In this document: in pieces, positions 8,564 to 16,913 of the stretch
Numbering within the stretch: position 1 is the stretch's first letter
Layout of the letters: the number at the start of each line of letters is the position of its first letter
From: Roseibacillus sp.
GTDB lineage: Bacteria; Verrucomicrobiota; Verrucomicrobiia; Verrucomicrobiales; Akkermansiaceae
NCBI GenBank assembly: GCA_965242925.1
Contig: CBDEUM010000022.1
Coordinates: 1 to 64,000 of the forward strand
Length of the DNA stretch: 64,000 nucleotides
Direction: 5' to 3'
Notes under the pieces: generated by a model
What the model saw: only the letters and a program-made list of their open reading frames with translations
The model's database searches: none
What the model was told of the DNA's origin: nothing
Made by a program: the position numbers and the translations under genes

Positions 8564-10285
8564 ATGTCCGACCAGAAGTTCCATCAATTCTTCAGCGAGT
8601 ATCTGGAAGACTACCTGCGCCAGTGCCCGGTCCATGCCAGCCAACTGGGAGACCACCGCTATGACGACCAGCTCGGGGACTTTTCCAGGGAAGCACGACA
8701 GACCCGCACCGCGGCCCAGCGGCAAACCCTCCAAAGATTCACGGACCAGATCGACTACGAAAGTCTCAGCCGCCCCGCCCAGATTGACCATGAGGTCTTC
8801 CGGCACGATCTCGAAGAGCAGATCTGGCTGGCAGAAAATATTCCCGGATTCGAGGAGGATCCCCGGAGCTACAACCACTACCTGAGTGGCAGCGTCTACA
8901 GCCTTCTCACCCAGTCGAGCCTTCCCCACGAGGAGAACATTTCCAATGTCATCGCACGCATGCGGCAACTCCCGGGAGTGATCGCCGAGGCCCGGCGCAC
9001 GCTCACCAATCCGCCCCTCCCTGTGCTTGAAACAAGCATCGGCCAGAACCGCGGGGTGATCAGTTTCTACGAAAAGGGCATCTACGACCTGATCGGAGAC
9101 TCCCCGCTGCAGGAGGATGTGCGCCAGGCCGCGGCGGATCTCCTCCCCCACCTGAGAGATTACCAGCAGTTTCTTGAAACGGATCTACGCGAACGTGCCA
9201 CCGGGGACTGGCGGATGGGAAAGGAGAAGTTCGATCGCAAACTGCAGTTCGCCGTCAATGCTGGCATCACCGCCGACGAGGTCCTCACTCGGGCCGAGAA
9301 CGAGTTCCGCCGTGTCACGGACGAGATGTATGTCACCGCCCGACAACTCTGGAGCAGGTATCACCCCGGAATGCCCCTCCCTCCCGATGACGAAACCGGA
9401 CGCCATGAGACCATCACCCGGGTTCTCGCCTCCATCGGCCGGGAACACGGCGACCCCGGGAGCCTTCTTGCCGACGCCCGGGCCACCGTGGACAAGCTGA
9501 AAAAATTCATCACAGATAACGACATCCTGCGCCTGCCGGATCCCGACCAGTGCGAACTGATGGAAATGCCGGAGTTTCACCGCGGAAACTCGCTGGCCTA
9601 CATCCAGGCCGCGCCGCCCCTCGACCCCGAGAACAGGACGATCTACGCGATCAGCCCCCCGCCTGCCGACTGGGACCCCGAACGGGTGGAGAGCTTCCTG
9701 CAGGAATACAACCGGCACATGCTGCAGATCCTCACCATCCACGAGGCCTACCCCGGCCACTATGTGCAACTCGCCTATCACAATCGCGAGACCTCCCCTA
9801 TCCGCCGCCTCCTGCTCTCAGGTGTCTTCATAGAGGGATGGGCGGTTTACACCGAGCAGATGATGCTCGACCAGGGCTATGGTGAAGGAGATCTCGCCCT
9901 GCGTCTCACTCAACTCAAGTTCTACCTTCGTGCGGTGGCCAATGCCATTCTCGACCACCGCATGCATTGCACCTCCATGAATGACGAGGAGGCCCTCGAC
10001 TTTCTCATGAATCAATCATTCCAGTCCGAGGGCGAGGCTCGCCTCAAGATCATTCGCTCCAAGCAGTCCACCGTGCAGTTGAGCACCTACTTCGTGGGCC
10101 GGATGGCGCTCTGTGAATTGCGCCGGGAGATCCAGCGGGAACAGGGCGGGGACTTCGATCTTGGACGCTACCACGAAGCCGTCCTCGCCAACGGCTCCCT
10201 GCCGGTGAAATACCTGGCAGAAGTAGTCCGGGAGCGACTGCGGAAACCACGCCAGGACTCCGGCGCAAAAAAGAGGACTCCCTGA
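8564..10285 (+). CDS. DUF885 family protein (putative metallopeptidase-like)
   Basis: ASQLGDHRYDDQLGD, HEAYPGHYVQL, FIEGWAVYTE, LRAVANAILD, QLSTYFVG, FDLGRYHEAVLANGSLP. Confidence 0.93.
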   Translation: MSDQKFHQFFSEYLEDYLRQCPVHASQLGDHRYDDQLGDFSREARQTRTAAQRQTLQRFTDQIDYESLSRPAQIDHEVFRHDLEEQIWLAENIPGFEEDPRSYNHYLSGSVYSLLTQSSLPHEENISNVIARMRQLPGVIAEARRTLTNPPLPVLETSIGQNRGVISFYEKGIYDLIGDSPLQEDVRQAAADLLPHLRDYQQFLETDLRERATGDWRMGKEKFDRKLQFAVNAGITADEVLTRAENEFRRVTDEMYVTARQLWSRYHPGMPLPPDDETGRHETITRVLASIGREHGDPGSLLADARATVDKLKKFITDNDILRLPDPDQCELMEMPEFHRGNSLAYIQAAPPLDPENRTIYAISPPPADWDPERVESFLQEYNRHMLQILTIHEAYPGHYVQLAYHNRETSPIRRLLLSGVFIEGWAVYTEQMMLDQGYGEGDLALRLTQLKFYLRAVANAILDHRMHCTSMNDEEALDFLMNQSFQSEGEARLKIIRSKQSTVQLSTYFVGRMALCELRREIQREQGGDFDLGRYHEAVLANGSLPVKYLAEVVRERLRKPRQDSGAKKRTP

Positions 10286-10294
10286 AAGGAGTCC
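10267..10294 (-). terminator. Intrinsic terminator between the convergent DUF885 and FKBP genes
   Basis: GGACTCC-CTGAAA-GGAGTCC hairpin at 10275-10294, preceded by an A-run that is the U-tract on the minus strand. Confidence 0.6.
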
Positions 10295-10322
10295 CCTGCA
10301 ACAAATCGTCCAGGAACGAACC

Positions 10323-11045
10323 CTACTTCAACTTGGGGACCGCTTCCTTTTCCTGCCCCTTGATCGAGAGCAGTTCCACTTCGAAGATCAGGGTGGAATT
10401 TGGTCCGATGTCCCGCCCTGCCCCAGCCTTGCCGTAGGCGAGGTTGGCAGGGATGAAGAGCTTGTATTTCGCACCCACCTGCATCAACTGGAGAGCTTCG
10501 GTCCAACCAGCGATCACCCCATTGACGGGGAAAGTGGCTGGCGACTTGCGTTCGACGGAACTGTCGAAGACCGTGCCATCCATCAGGGTTCCGTGATAAT
10601 GAACCGAGACCGTGTCAAGCGGAGTGGGCTTCTCTCCCTTCCCAGCGGAGAGGACTTCATACTGCAGGCCGGTTTCCGTGACTTTCACGCCCTCACGCTT
10701 CTTGTTGTCATTGAGGAACTTCGTGCCCGCTGCGAGGTTGTCCGCCCCGGCTGAGGCCGCCTTCGACTCCGCCTGCTTCTGCATCTCAGCCTGGAACTTC
10801 TCCATGACTTTCATGGCATCCGCTTCCGTGATCCTGGAATCCTTCCCGGTGAGCCCCTCACGCAGACCAATGACAAGATTCTCAATGCTCAACTCGATGC
10901 CGTCCCGATTGATGGTCTCCCCGATATTGCGCCCGATGAGGTAGGAGGCCTTCTCCCGGTCGGATTCCAACTTTGGTTCTTGTGCCGGAATCCACGTGGC
11001 CAGGGAAGCCGTGAGCAAACAGGCCGCAATTGTGCGCTTGATCAT
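10323..11045 (-). CDS. fkpA: FKBP-type peptidyl-prolyl cis-trans isomerase (FkpA/Mip type, exported)
   Basis: Signal peptide, KASYLIGRNIG dimerisation region, GVKVTETGLQYEVL, VHYHGTLMDGTVFDSS, VIAGWTEALQLM, IPANLAYG, STLIFEVELL. Confidence 0.95.
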   Translation of the reverse strand: MIKRTIAACLLTASLATWIPAQEPKLESDREKASYLIGRNIGETINRDGIELSIENLVIGLREGLTGKDSRITEADAMKVMEKFQAEMQKQAESKAASAGADNLAAGTKFLNDNKKREGVKVTETGLQYEVLSAGKGEKPTPLDTVSVHYHGTLMDGTVFDSSVERKSPATFPVNGVIAGWTEALQLMQVGAKYKLFIPANLAYGKAGAGRDIGPNSTLIFEVELLSIKGQEKEAVPKLK

Positions 11046-11137
11046 GGCTGGGAGACTTGGCTCGGAATTATCAATGTCAACTCATTCCTCCCTCCGGAGT
11101 ATTGAAACACCCGGAGAATCATCGATACTCTGTCCCG

Positions 11138-11668
11138 ATGAAGATCCTAATCGTTTCGTGCAGTCTGCATGCCGACAGCAAGAGTCGCCGACTGGCCAGC
11201 AAACTGGAATCCCTTTGGCGAACTGACGGGGACGTGGCAATCTCCACCCTCGACCTGCGGGAACTCGCATTGCCTCCCTGCGACGGAGGCGCAGCCTACG
11301 GAGACCCCGCCACGCAGAGATTGCAGGAGGCTTTCACCGCGGCTGATGCCGTCGTCTTCGCAGTACCGATCTACAATTACGACATCAATGCGGCCGCCAA
11401 GAATGCCATTGAACTGGCGGGCCACCAGTTAACCGAAAAGGTGGCAGGATTTCTCTGTGCGGCCGGGAGTGATCGCAGCTACATGTCCGTCATGGCGGTG
11501 GCCAACAGCCTCATGCTGGACTTCCGCACCATCATCCTGCCCCGCTTTGTCTACGCAGGAGGGGATGACATTCCCGAGAGTGGAGAACTGAGCAGTGAAA
11601 TTTGCGACCGGATCGCCCAGTTTGGTGCCGAATTCCAGCGTCTCGCCCGGGCGATTCATACCGCGTAG
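11138..11668 (+). CDS. NADPH-dependent FMN reductase (flavodoxin-like fold)
   Basis: MKILIVSCSLHADSKSRRLA, ADAVVFAVPIYNYDINAAAKNAIE; start re-placed at ATG 11138. Confidence 0.9.
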   Translation: MKILIVSCSLHADSKSRRLASKLESLWRTDGDVAISTLDLRELALPPCDGGAAYGDPATQRLQEAFTAADAVVFAVPIYNYDINAAAKNAIELAGHQLTEKVAGFLCAAGSDRSYMSVMAVANSLMLDFRTIILPRFVYAGGDDIPESGELSSEICDRIAQFGAEFQRLARAIHTA

Positions 11669-11678
11669 GATGGGAATC

Positions 11679-12170
11679 CTATTCAGACTTACGCACGAGG
11701 ATCATCTCCCCCCCTTCGTCGGTCTCAACATTCTTGAGTCCTACCACGAGTTGCTTGTTGTCAACGATCCGGTGGGTGATCTTGAGTGCCATTTCTTCCT
11801 TCTCTGCGTTGGCAACCTTGAGAATCAGGGTGGCCACACCATTCTCCTCGACCCACTTTCCACGGCCCATTCCTCCCTTTTCATTCGCCGTAACATGCAC
11901 GACCTCACCGGTCTTGGGATCGACCGCAATCATGGCCTCCGAGTTGTTGTTGGGCCTCTTTACGCTCAAGGCCAGAACGTAATTCTCAATACGCCAAGCG
12001 TAAGTAAGCGAAATCGCTTCGCCGTTGGAATCCTCGTCCACCCAGGTTCCTACCAGAGCGCCGAGTTCGGCCCTTTCGAGGATTTCACCGAGATTTTCCG
12101 CCCGGACAGAGACGGTCACACAGAGCAACAACGAAGAGAGAATGATGGCAAGACGAGTGTTGGTTATCAT
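11679..12170 (-). CDS. Exported hypothetical protein (beta-barrel/lipocalin-like pattern)
   Basis: MITNTRLAIILSSLLLCVTVSVRA signal peptide; LGALVGTWVDE and alternating beta-strand pattern. Confidence 0.7.
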   Translation of the reverse strand: MITNTRLAIILSSLLLCVTVSVRAENLGEILERAELGALVGTWVDEDSNGEAISLTYAWRIENYVLALSVKRPNNNSEAMIAVDPKTGEVVHVTANEKGGMGRGKWVEENGVATLILKVANAEKEEMALKITHRIVDNKQLVVGLKNVETDEGGEMILVRKSE

Positions 12171-12225
12171 GGCGCGCGCGGTACAACCAACCAGCAGGTG
12201 ACGCAAGCCCACGATGATCGCGACC

Positions 12226-13224
12226 CTACGAATTCTCCTGCCAGTCAGCATCCGTCGAGGCTTCCTCGCGGGGTGGGCGGGCACGCCAGATACTGGCCAA
12301 CACACTGCCTATCAGGCAGTGATAGAGGGCGGAAATGGCGCACACCATGGCCGCCCCCGGCAGGGCCGCAAAATGCAACTTGGCCAGGGTGGCTCCGAGT
12401 CCTGAGTTCTGCATCCCCACCTCAATCGAGACCGTCCGCCGCTCGCTCTCGCCCAGTCGCAGGAGACGGGCCAGGAGATATCCCAGGAGAAACCCAGCCA
12501 TGTGCAGGACGAAGACCGCCAACAGGAGCATGTCGAAGTTCTCCAGGATGAGGTCCCTGCTCGCCCCCACAATGCCACCGACGATGAGGACGATCACCGC
12601 GATGGATACCAGCGGCGAAACTTCTCCCACCACCACGCGGGCCCTCGCACCGAGGAAGCGGTTTGCCACCACCCCTGCCACCACCGGCAGCAACACGATG
12701 GCAAGCATGTTGAGCAGCATGGCCCAGGCATCGACCGGAATCGAGACTGAGAGGGCGGCATAGCCCTTGGTGAGGTAGGGCGTGAGCACGATGGCCAGCA
12801 CCGTCGAACACATCGTCATGAGTACGCTCAGGGCCACGTTGGCGCGCGCGAGATAGCTCACCACGTTGGAGGCCGTTCCGCCCGGACAGCAACTCACCAG
12901 GATGAGACCCAGCTTGAGGCCCTCGTCCAACCCGAAGAGCGTGGCCACGCTCCACCCGAGGAAGGGCATGATGAGAAACTGTGCCCCCACTCCGATGGCC
13001 GCCGCCCTCGGCAGGGCCAGTGCCCGCCTGACGTCCTCGAAGCTCAGGGTGAGCCCCATCCCCAGCATGATCACTCCGAGACCAACCGGAACGAGCCTGA
13101 GATCTGTTCCAGGCACGGTCTCCTTCACGAACCAGACAAAGTGAGCGGGATAGAACCAGGCCCACAGGGTTCCGAGCACGGTCCACAACCAGAAGAGCCT
13201 TGCAACTGTTCGTGCCCAGGACAT
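12226..13224 (-). CDS. Bile acid:sodium symporter (BASS) family transporter
   Basis: LGVIMLGMGLTL, AQFLIMPFLG, CCPGGTASNV, SIEVGMQNSGLG; many transmembrane segments. Confidence 0.95.
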   Translation of the reverse strand: MSWARTVARLFWLWTVLGTLWAWFYPAHFVWFVKETVPGTDLRLVPVGLGVIMLGMGLTLSFEDVRRALALPRAAAIGVGAQFLIMPFLGWSVATLFGLDEGLKLGLILVSCCPGGTASNVVSYLARANVALSVLMTMCSTVLAIVLTPYLTKGYAALSVSIPVDAWAMLLNMLAIVLLPVVAGVVANRFLGARARVVVGEVSPLVSIAVIVLIVGGIVGASRDLILENFDMLLLAVFVLHMAGFLLGYLLARLLRLGESERRTVSIEVGMQNSGLGATLAKLHFAALPGAAMVCAISALYHCLIGSVLASIWRARPPREEASTDADWQENS

Positions 13225-13581
13225 GCATGCGGAGGCTCTGACATTTCTCTCACCCCGTCACGGATAAGTTTTGTCTCCTCCGGAAGGGATCTCTCCCCAG
13301 CGAGCACACGGACCTACCGCTTTGGATTAGGTTGTTCCGGACTTTCCTGCAATCGAGAGTCGTCCCCTTGCCTCTCCCGGAAATCGGCGCCATCATTATC
13401 AGGCAACTCCCCTTCCCGGCTCACTCAAGTTCCCGCAGGCCATCCACCCACTGGGACGCCGGGGGGGGAGGCTAACCCGGCGAGCCAGCTCGTAATCGCC
13501 CGCCCTCGCAGAACGGAGCTCCCCCAGGGTGCAGGACAAGTGGATTGCATTGCCTCGATCTGCCCCCCAGATTGCACCCCG

Positions 13582-14247
13582 ATGGAGCTGAGCTTCCCGA
13601 TCACCCAGATTGCCCTCGACTATCCTACCACCGCGGAGGCTCTGGAGATGGCCGCCACGGCGGTGGAGGCCGGCTTCGACTGGTTGGAAATCGGCACACC
13701 CCTCGTGACCTGCCAGGGTCTCGCTCCCATCGGAGAACTGGTCCGCGCCTTCCCTGAAATGCCGGTGATTGTCGACTACAAGACCATGGACTCGGGTTTC
13801 AAGAATGTCCGGCATACCAGGGATCAGGGGGCCCATCTCATGACAGTCTGTGCCAATGCCTCCGACGCAACCGTCCGCTCCGCCATCGAGGAAGGAAAGA
13901 AGCTCGGCATCGGGGTGGTGGCGGACACCATCGGCGCTACCGACCAGGCCGGACGGGCCAGACAATGCCACGACTGGGGTGCCGATCTCGTCTATCTTCA
14001 CTACAGTGCCGACGAACGACGCGCCGATCCCACCCGTAACTCCACCCAATGGCTGGCCGCGACCCTGGAAGCGACGGCCGGTCCGGTGGGCGTGGCCACT
14101 TTCGGAGTGGAAGATGCGGTGCAGGCAGCCCGCATGGGGGCGGACTATTTCGTGATCGGTCATCCACTAACCGAAGCCGACGATCCCCTCGCCGCCTTCA
14201 CGCACTACGTCGAAGAAGTGAAGGCCAACTACCATCCCCGCCACTAG
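13582..14247 (+). CDS. OMP-decarboxylase/HUMPS superfamily enzyme (hexulose-6-phosphate synthase or 3-keto-sugar-phosphate decarboxylase-like)
   Basis: QIALD, DWLEIGTPL, VDYKTMDSG (DxKxxD), GAHLMTV, GADYFVIG; start at ATG 13582. Confidence 0.88.
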   Translation: MELSFPITQIALDYPTTAEALEMAATAVEAGFDWLEIGTPLVTCQGLAPIGELVRAFPEMPVIVDYKTMDSGFKNVRHTRDQGAHLMTVCANASDATVRSAIEEGKKLGIGVVADTIGATDQAGRARQCHDWGADLVYLHYSADERRADPTRNSTQWLAATLEATAGPVGVATFGVEDAVQAARMGADYFVIGHPLTEADDPLAAFTHYVEEVKANYHPRH

Positions 14248-14261
14248 TCACAGACTCAGAG

Positions 14262-15296
14262 ATGTCCGATTCCAGAGCCGATCTTGCCCTCGTCAACTAC
14301 GCCGCCGACCCCCTTAGCGTGGAGCTCCGGGAAATCCCGAAGGCCACCATCAGACCGGACGAGGTTCTCCTTGAGGTGGCGGCGGTAGGCGTCTGTGGAA
14401 GCGATCTCCACATGTGGCAGGGTGGCATCAGCTGGGAAATGAACTACCCCGTAGTCCTTGGTCACGAGTTCTGCGGAGTCATCCGCGAGATCGGTGCCGA
14501 CGTCAACGGATGGCAGGAGGGCGACCGGGCCATCAGCGAAACTTCCGCAACCATCGATCCACACAGTCCCCTCAGCCGCCGCGGGCTCTACAACCTCGAT
14601 CCCGCCCGACAGGGCTACGGTGCCCTCGTCGACGGCGCCATGCGCAGCTTCGTTGCCGTGCCCCAGCGCATCCTGCATCGCCTGCCCGAAGGGGTTCCCT
14701 TCGAGCACGCAGCCCTCACTGAACCGTGCTGCGTGGCCTACAACGCAGTGATCAACAACGGGAAGGTCAAGCCCGGCGACCGCGTCCTTGTAATGGGACC
14801 AGGACCGATCGGCATCTTCTCGGCCCACCTCGCCAGACTGGCGGGTGCCGAGGTGGCAATAGCTGGTCTGCCCTCGGATGCCTCCCGCCTCCGCATTGCA
14901 GAGAAATACGGCTGCACTCCTCTCGTCGAGGGAGTGGAGGAATGGGCCCGCGAACGGGACGGACTGGGTTGTGATGGCGTCATCGATGCCGCCGGGGCCT
15001 CCGCTGCTCTCAAGGTTGCCATCGATGTGGTGCGACCGGCCGGATGGATCAGCAAGGTGGGATGGGGCCCCCAACCCCTCAACTTCAGCCTCGATCCGCT
15101 GGTCCAGAAGAATGTCACCCTGCAGGGCAGCTTCAGTCACAACTGGCCCATCTGGGAAGCCGTCGTCGCCATGATGGCCAGCGGTCAGATCAATGTCACC
15201 CCGGCCCTCGGCGGCACCTGGCCGCTGAAGCAATGGCACACCGCCTTCGAAACCATGCACTCCCGTGAGATCGTGAAAGCGGTATTGACGCCCTAG
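14262..15296 (+). CDS. Zinc-binding medium-chain alcohol/polyol dehydrogenase
   Basis: GVCGSDLH, VLGHEFCG, ALTEPCCVA, GPGPIG, LQGSFSH; 14 nt after the upstream gene. The structural-Zn Cys cluster is absent. Confidence 0.93.
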   Translation: MSDSRADLALVNYAADPLSVELREIPKATIRPDEVLLEVAAVGVCGSDLHMWQGGISWEMNYPVVLGHEFCGVIREIGADVNGWQEGDRAISETSATIDPHSPLSRRGLYNLDPARQGYGALVDGAMRSFVAVPQRILHRLPEGVPFEHAALTEPCCVAYNAVINNGKVKPGDRVLVMGPGPIGIFSAHLARLAGAEVAIAGLPSDASRLRIAEKYGCTPLVEGVEEWARERDGLGCDGVIDAAGASAALKVAIDVVRPAGWISKVGWGPQPLNFSLDPLVQKNVTLQGSFSHNWPIWEAVVAMMASGQINVTPALGGTWPLKQWHTAFETMHSREIVKAVLTP

Positions 15297-15593
15297 CCGT
15301 GCGCCCGATGGCCCGGACTCTTCCGGTTTCCCGGCCGCGGCATACCGGATCCTCACCTCCGATCACGGTCCCCCTTTACTCAGGTTTCGCATTGCGCCCG
15401 ACCCCGTCCCTCGCTTCCTTTTCACCATGCTCCGGATCCTCCGTATTGGTCTCCTGCTCTCCGCCCCAGTGAAGGCATCATCTACATGCCCTCCTGGAGC
15501 AATACCCTCATACGCTTCAACCTGTCCCGGGTCCAACAGGGCATCCCAACGGACACCGAATAATTGAGAACCAGCAACCGGGATTCCTCTTCC

Positions 15594-16577
15594 ATGAACA
15601 TTCTCGTAACCGGAGCAACCGGCAAGGTGGGCCGGACCTTTATTGATCGCATCCTCGACGGCAACGAACTGCCCGGGGCCACCATCCGTGCCTTCTGCCA
15701 CAACCGTGTCCTTCCTGGAAGTGATCGCCTTGACGTCGTTCAGGGAAACATGGCCGTCCGCGCCGACGTTGAGGGCGCCCTCGACGGCGTCACCCACGTT
15801 CTCCATCTCGCCACCTGCAAGGAGACTCCCGACGACGTCATGGACGTTACCGTGAAAGGGCTCTTCTGGCTCCTCGAAGGCTGCCGTTCCAGCGCAACTT
15901 TCGAACAGTTCATTCTCATCGGAGGCGACGCCGGGATGGGGCACTTCTTCTATCCTCATCCCATCCCGGTCACCGAGACCCAGGCTCACAGCGCCTACCC
16001 CGGCTGCTACGCCCTCTCCAAGGTCCTTGAAGAAGTCATGCTCGAGCAGTATTGCATCCAGTACGACTTCGCCGGTTGCTGCCTCCGCGCTCCCTGGATC
16101 ATGGAGAAGGACGACTTCAAGCACACCCTGAGCTTCGGGCCCGACGTCTTCGGAGGACCCCGCTGGAGCGATCTGGTAAACCCGGAGCAGGCTGCCGCCT
16201 ACGCCGCCAATGGAACGATCCCCGTCATGCTCGATCCCGCGGGGACCCCGGTGAAGCGCAACTTTGTCCATCTTGATGACCTCGTTTCCTCCATGATCGC
16301 CGCCCTTCTGCATCCTGAAGAGGCTCGCCAGGAAACCTTCAACATCTGCATGGATGAACCGGTCGACTATCGCGAGGTCGGCAATTACCTGGCCGAGTCA
16401 CGTGGGCTTCCCACCGTCGATCTCGCCACCGAATTCCACAGCACCTGGCTTGATAACTCCAAGGCCAAGTTTCTTCTTGGCTGGCGCCCGCGGGTAAACC
16501 TGCCGCAACTCATTGACCGCGCCTGGGACTACCAGCGCGCTGAAGATGATCCCCGCAGGATCTGGTATCCCGGCTAA
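15594..16577 (+). CDS. NAD-dependent epimerase/dehydratase (extended SDR)
   Basis: MNILVTGATGKVG, VLHLA, YALSK (YxxxK), RNFVHLDDL, AKFLLGWRP. Confidence 0.92.
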   Translation: MNILVTGATGKVGRTFIDRILDGNELPGATIRAFCHNRVLPGSDRLDVVQGNMAVRADVEGALDGVTHVLHLATCKETPDDVMDVTVKGLFWLLEGCRSSATFEQFILIGGDAGMGHFFYPHPIPVTETQAHSAYPGCYALSKVLEEVMLEQYCIQYDFAGCCLRAPWIMEKDDFKHTLSFGPDVFGGPRWSDLVNPEQAAAYAANGTIPVMLDPAGTPVKRNFVHLDDLVSSMIAALLHPEEARQETFNICMDEPVDYREVGNYLAESRGLPTVDLATEFHSTWLDNSKAKFLLGWRPRVNLPQLIDRAWDYQRAEDDPRRIWYPG

Positions 16578-16586
16578 GCCGGATCC

Positions 16587-16830
16587 TCAACCACCGAGGC
16601 CCACCCGAAGCCGGAAAACCCGCCGTGGGGATGCAGTGAGAGCAATAAGGGTGCGAACCGTGACCGTCTCCGTCCCATCCCTGTTGTCAACAGGCACTCC
16701 GACCTGCCAGGTGAATCCCTCGCCCGTCTCCCAGGAGACAAGATCCTCGGAAGTTTCCACCGTGTAACCGATCTCGGAGACCCCCCCGGCGGACCCGATA
16801 GCTCAAAGCGGCATAGGGAATCCCGCCATG
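16587..16830 (-). pseudogene. Orphan remnant of a Verrucomicrobia-type extracellular-protein C-terminal domain
   Basis: With one frameshift in the C7 run at 16781-16787 it reads GGIPYAALSYRVRRGVSEIGYTVETSEDLVSWETGEGFTWQVGVPVDNRDGTETVTVRTLIALTASPRRVFRLRVGLGG*. No start codon or N-terminal body. Confidence 0.65.
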
Positions 16831-16913
16831 AGGAACTCCCGCCCCCGCGTGACCCGGTCGACAACCGGGCCCCGCCGGTCGCGCGAAGCGGTGGAACTCA
16901 GGAGGAACCGCGG

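Noticed and set aside
13230..13580. Riboswitch or ncRNA in the 350-bp BASS/HUMPS divergent region (also 21540-21990 and 39750-39990)
   Set aside because: No conserved riboswitch motif recognised by eye; an Infernal/Rfam scan would be needed to exclude one.
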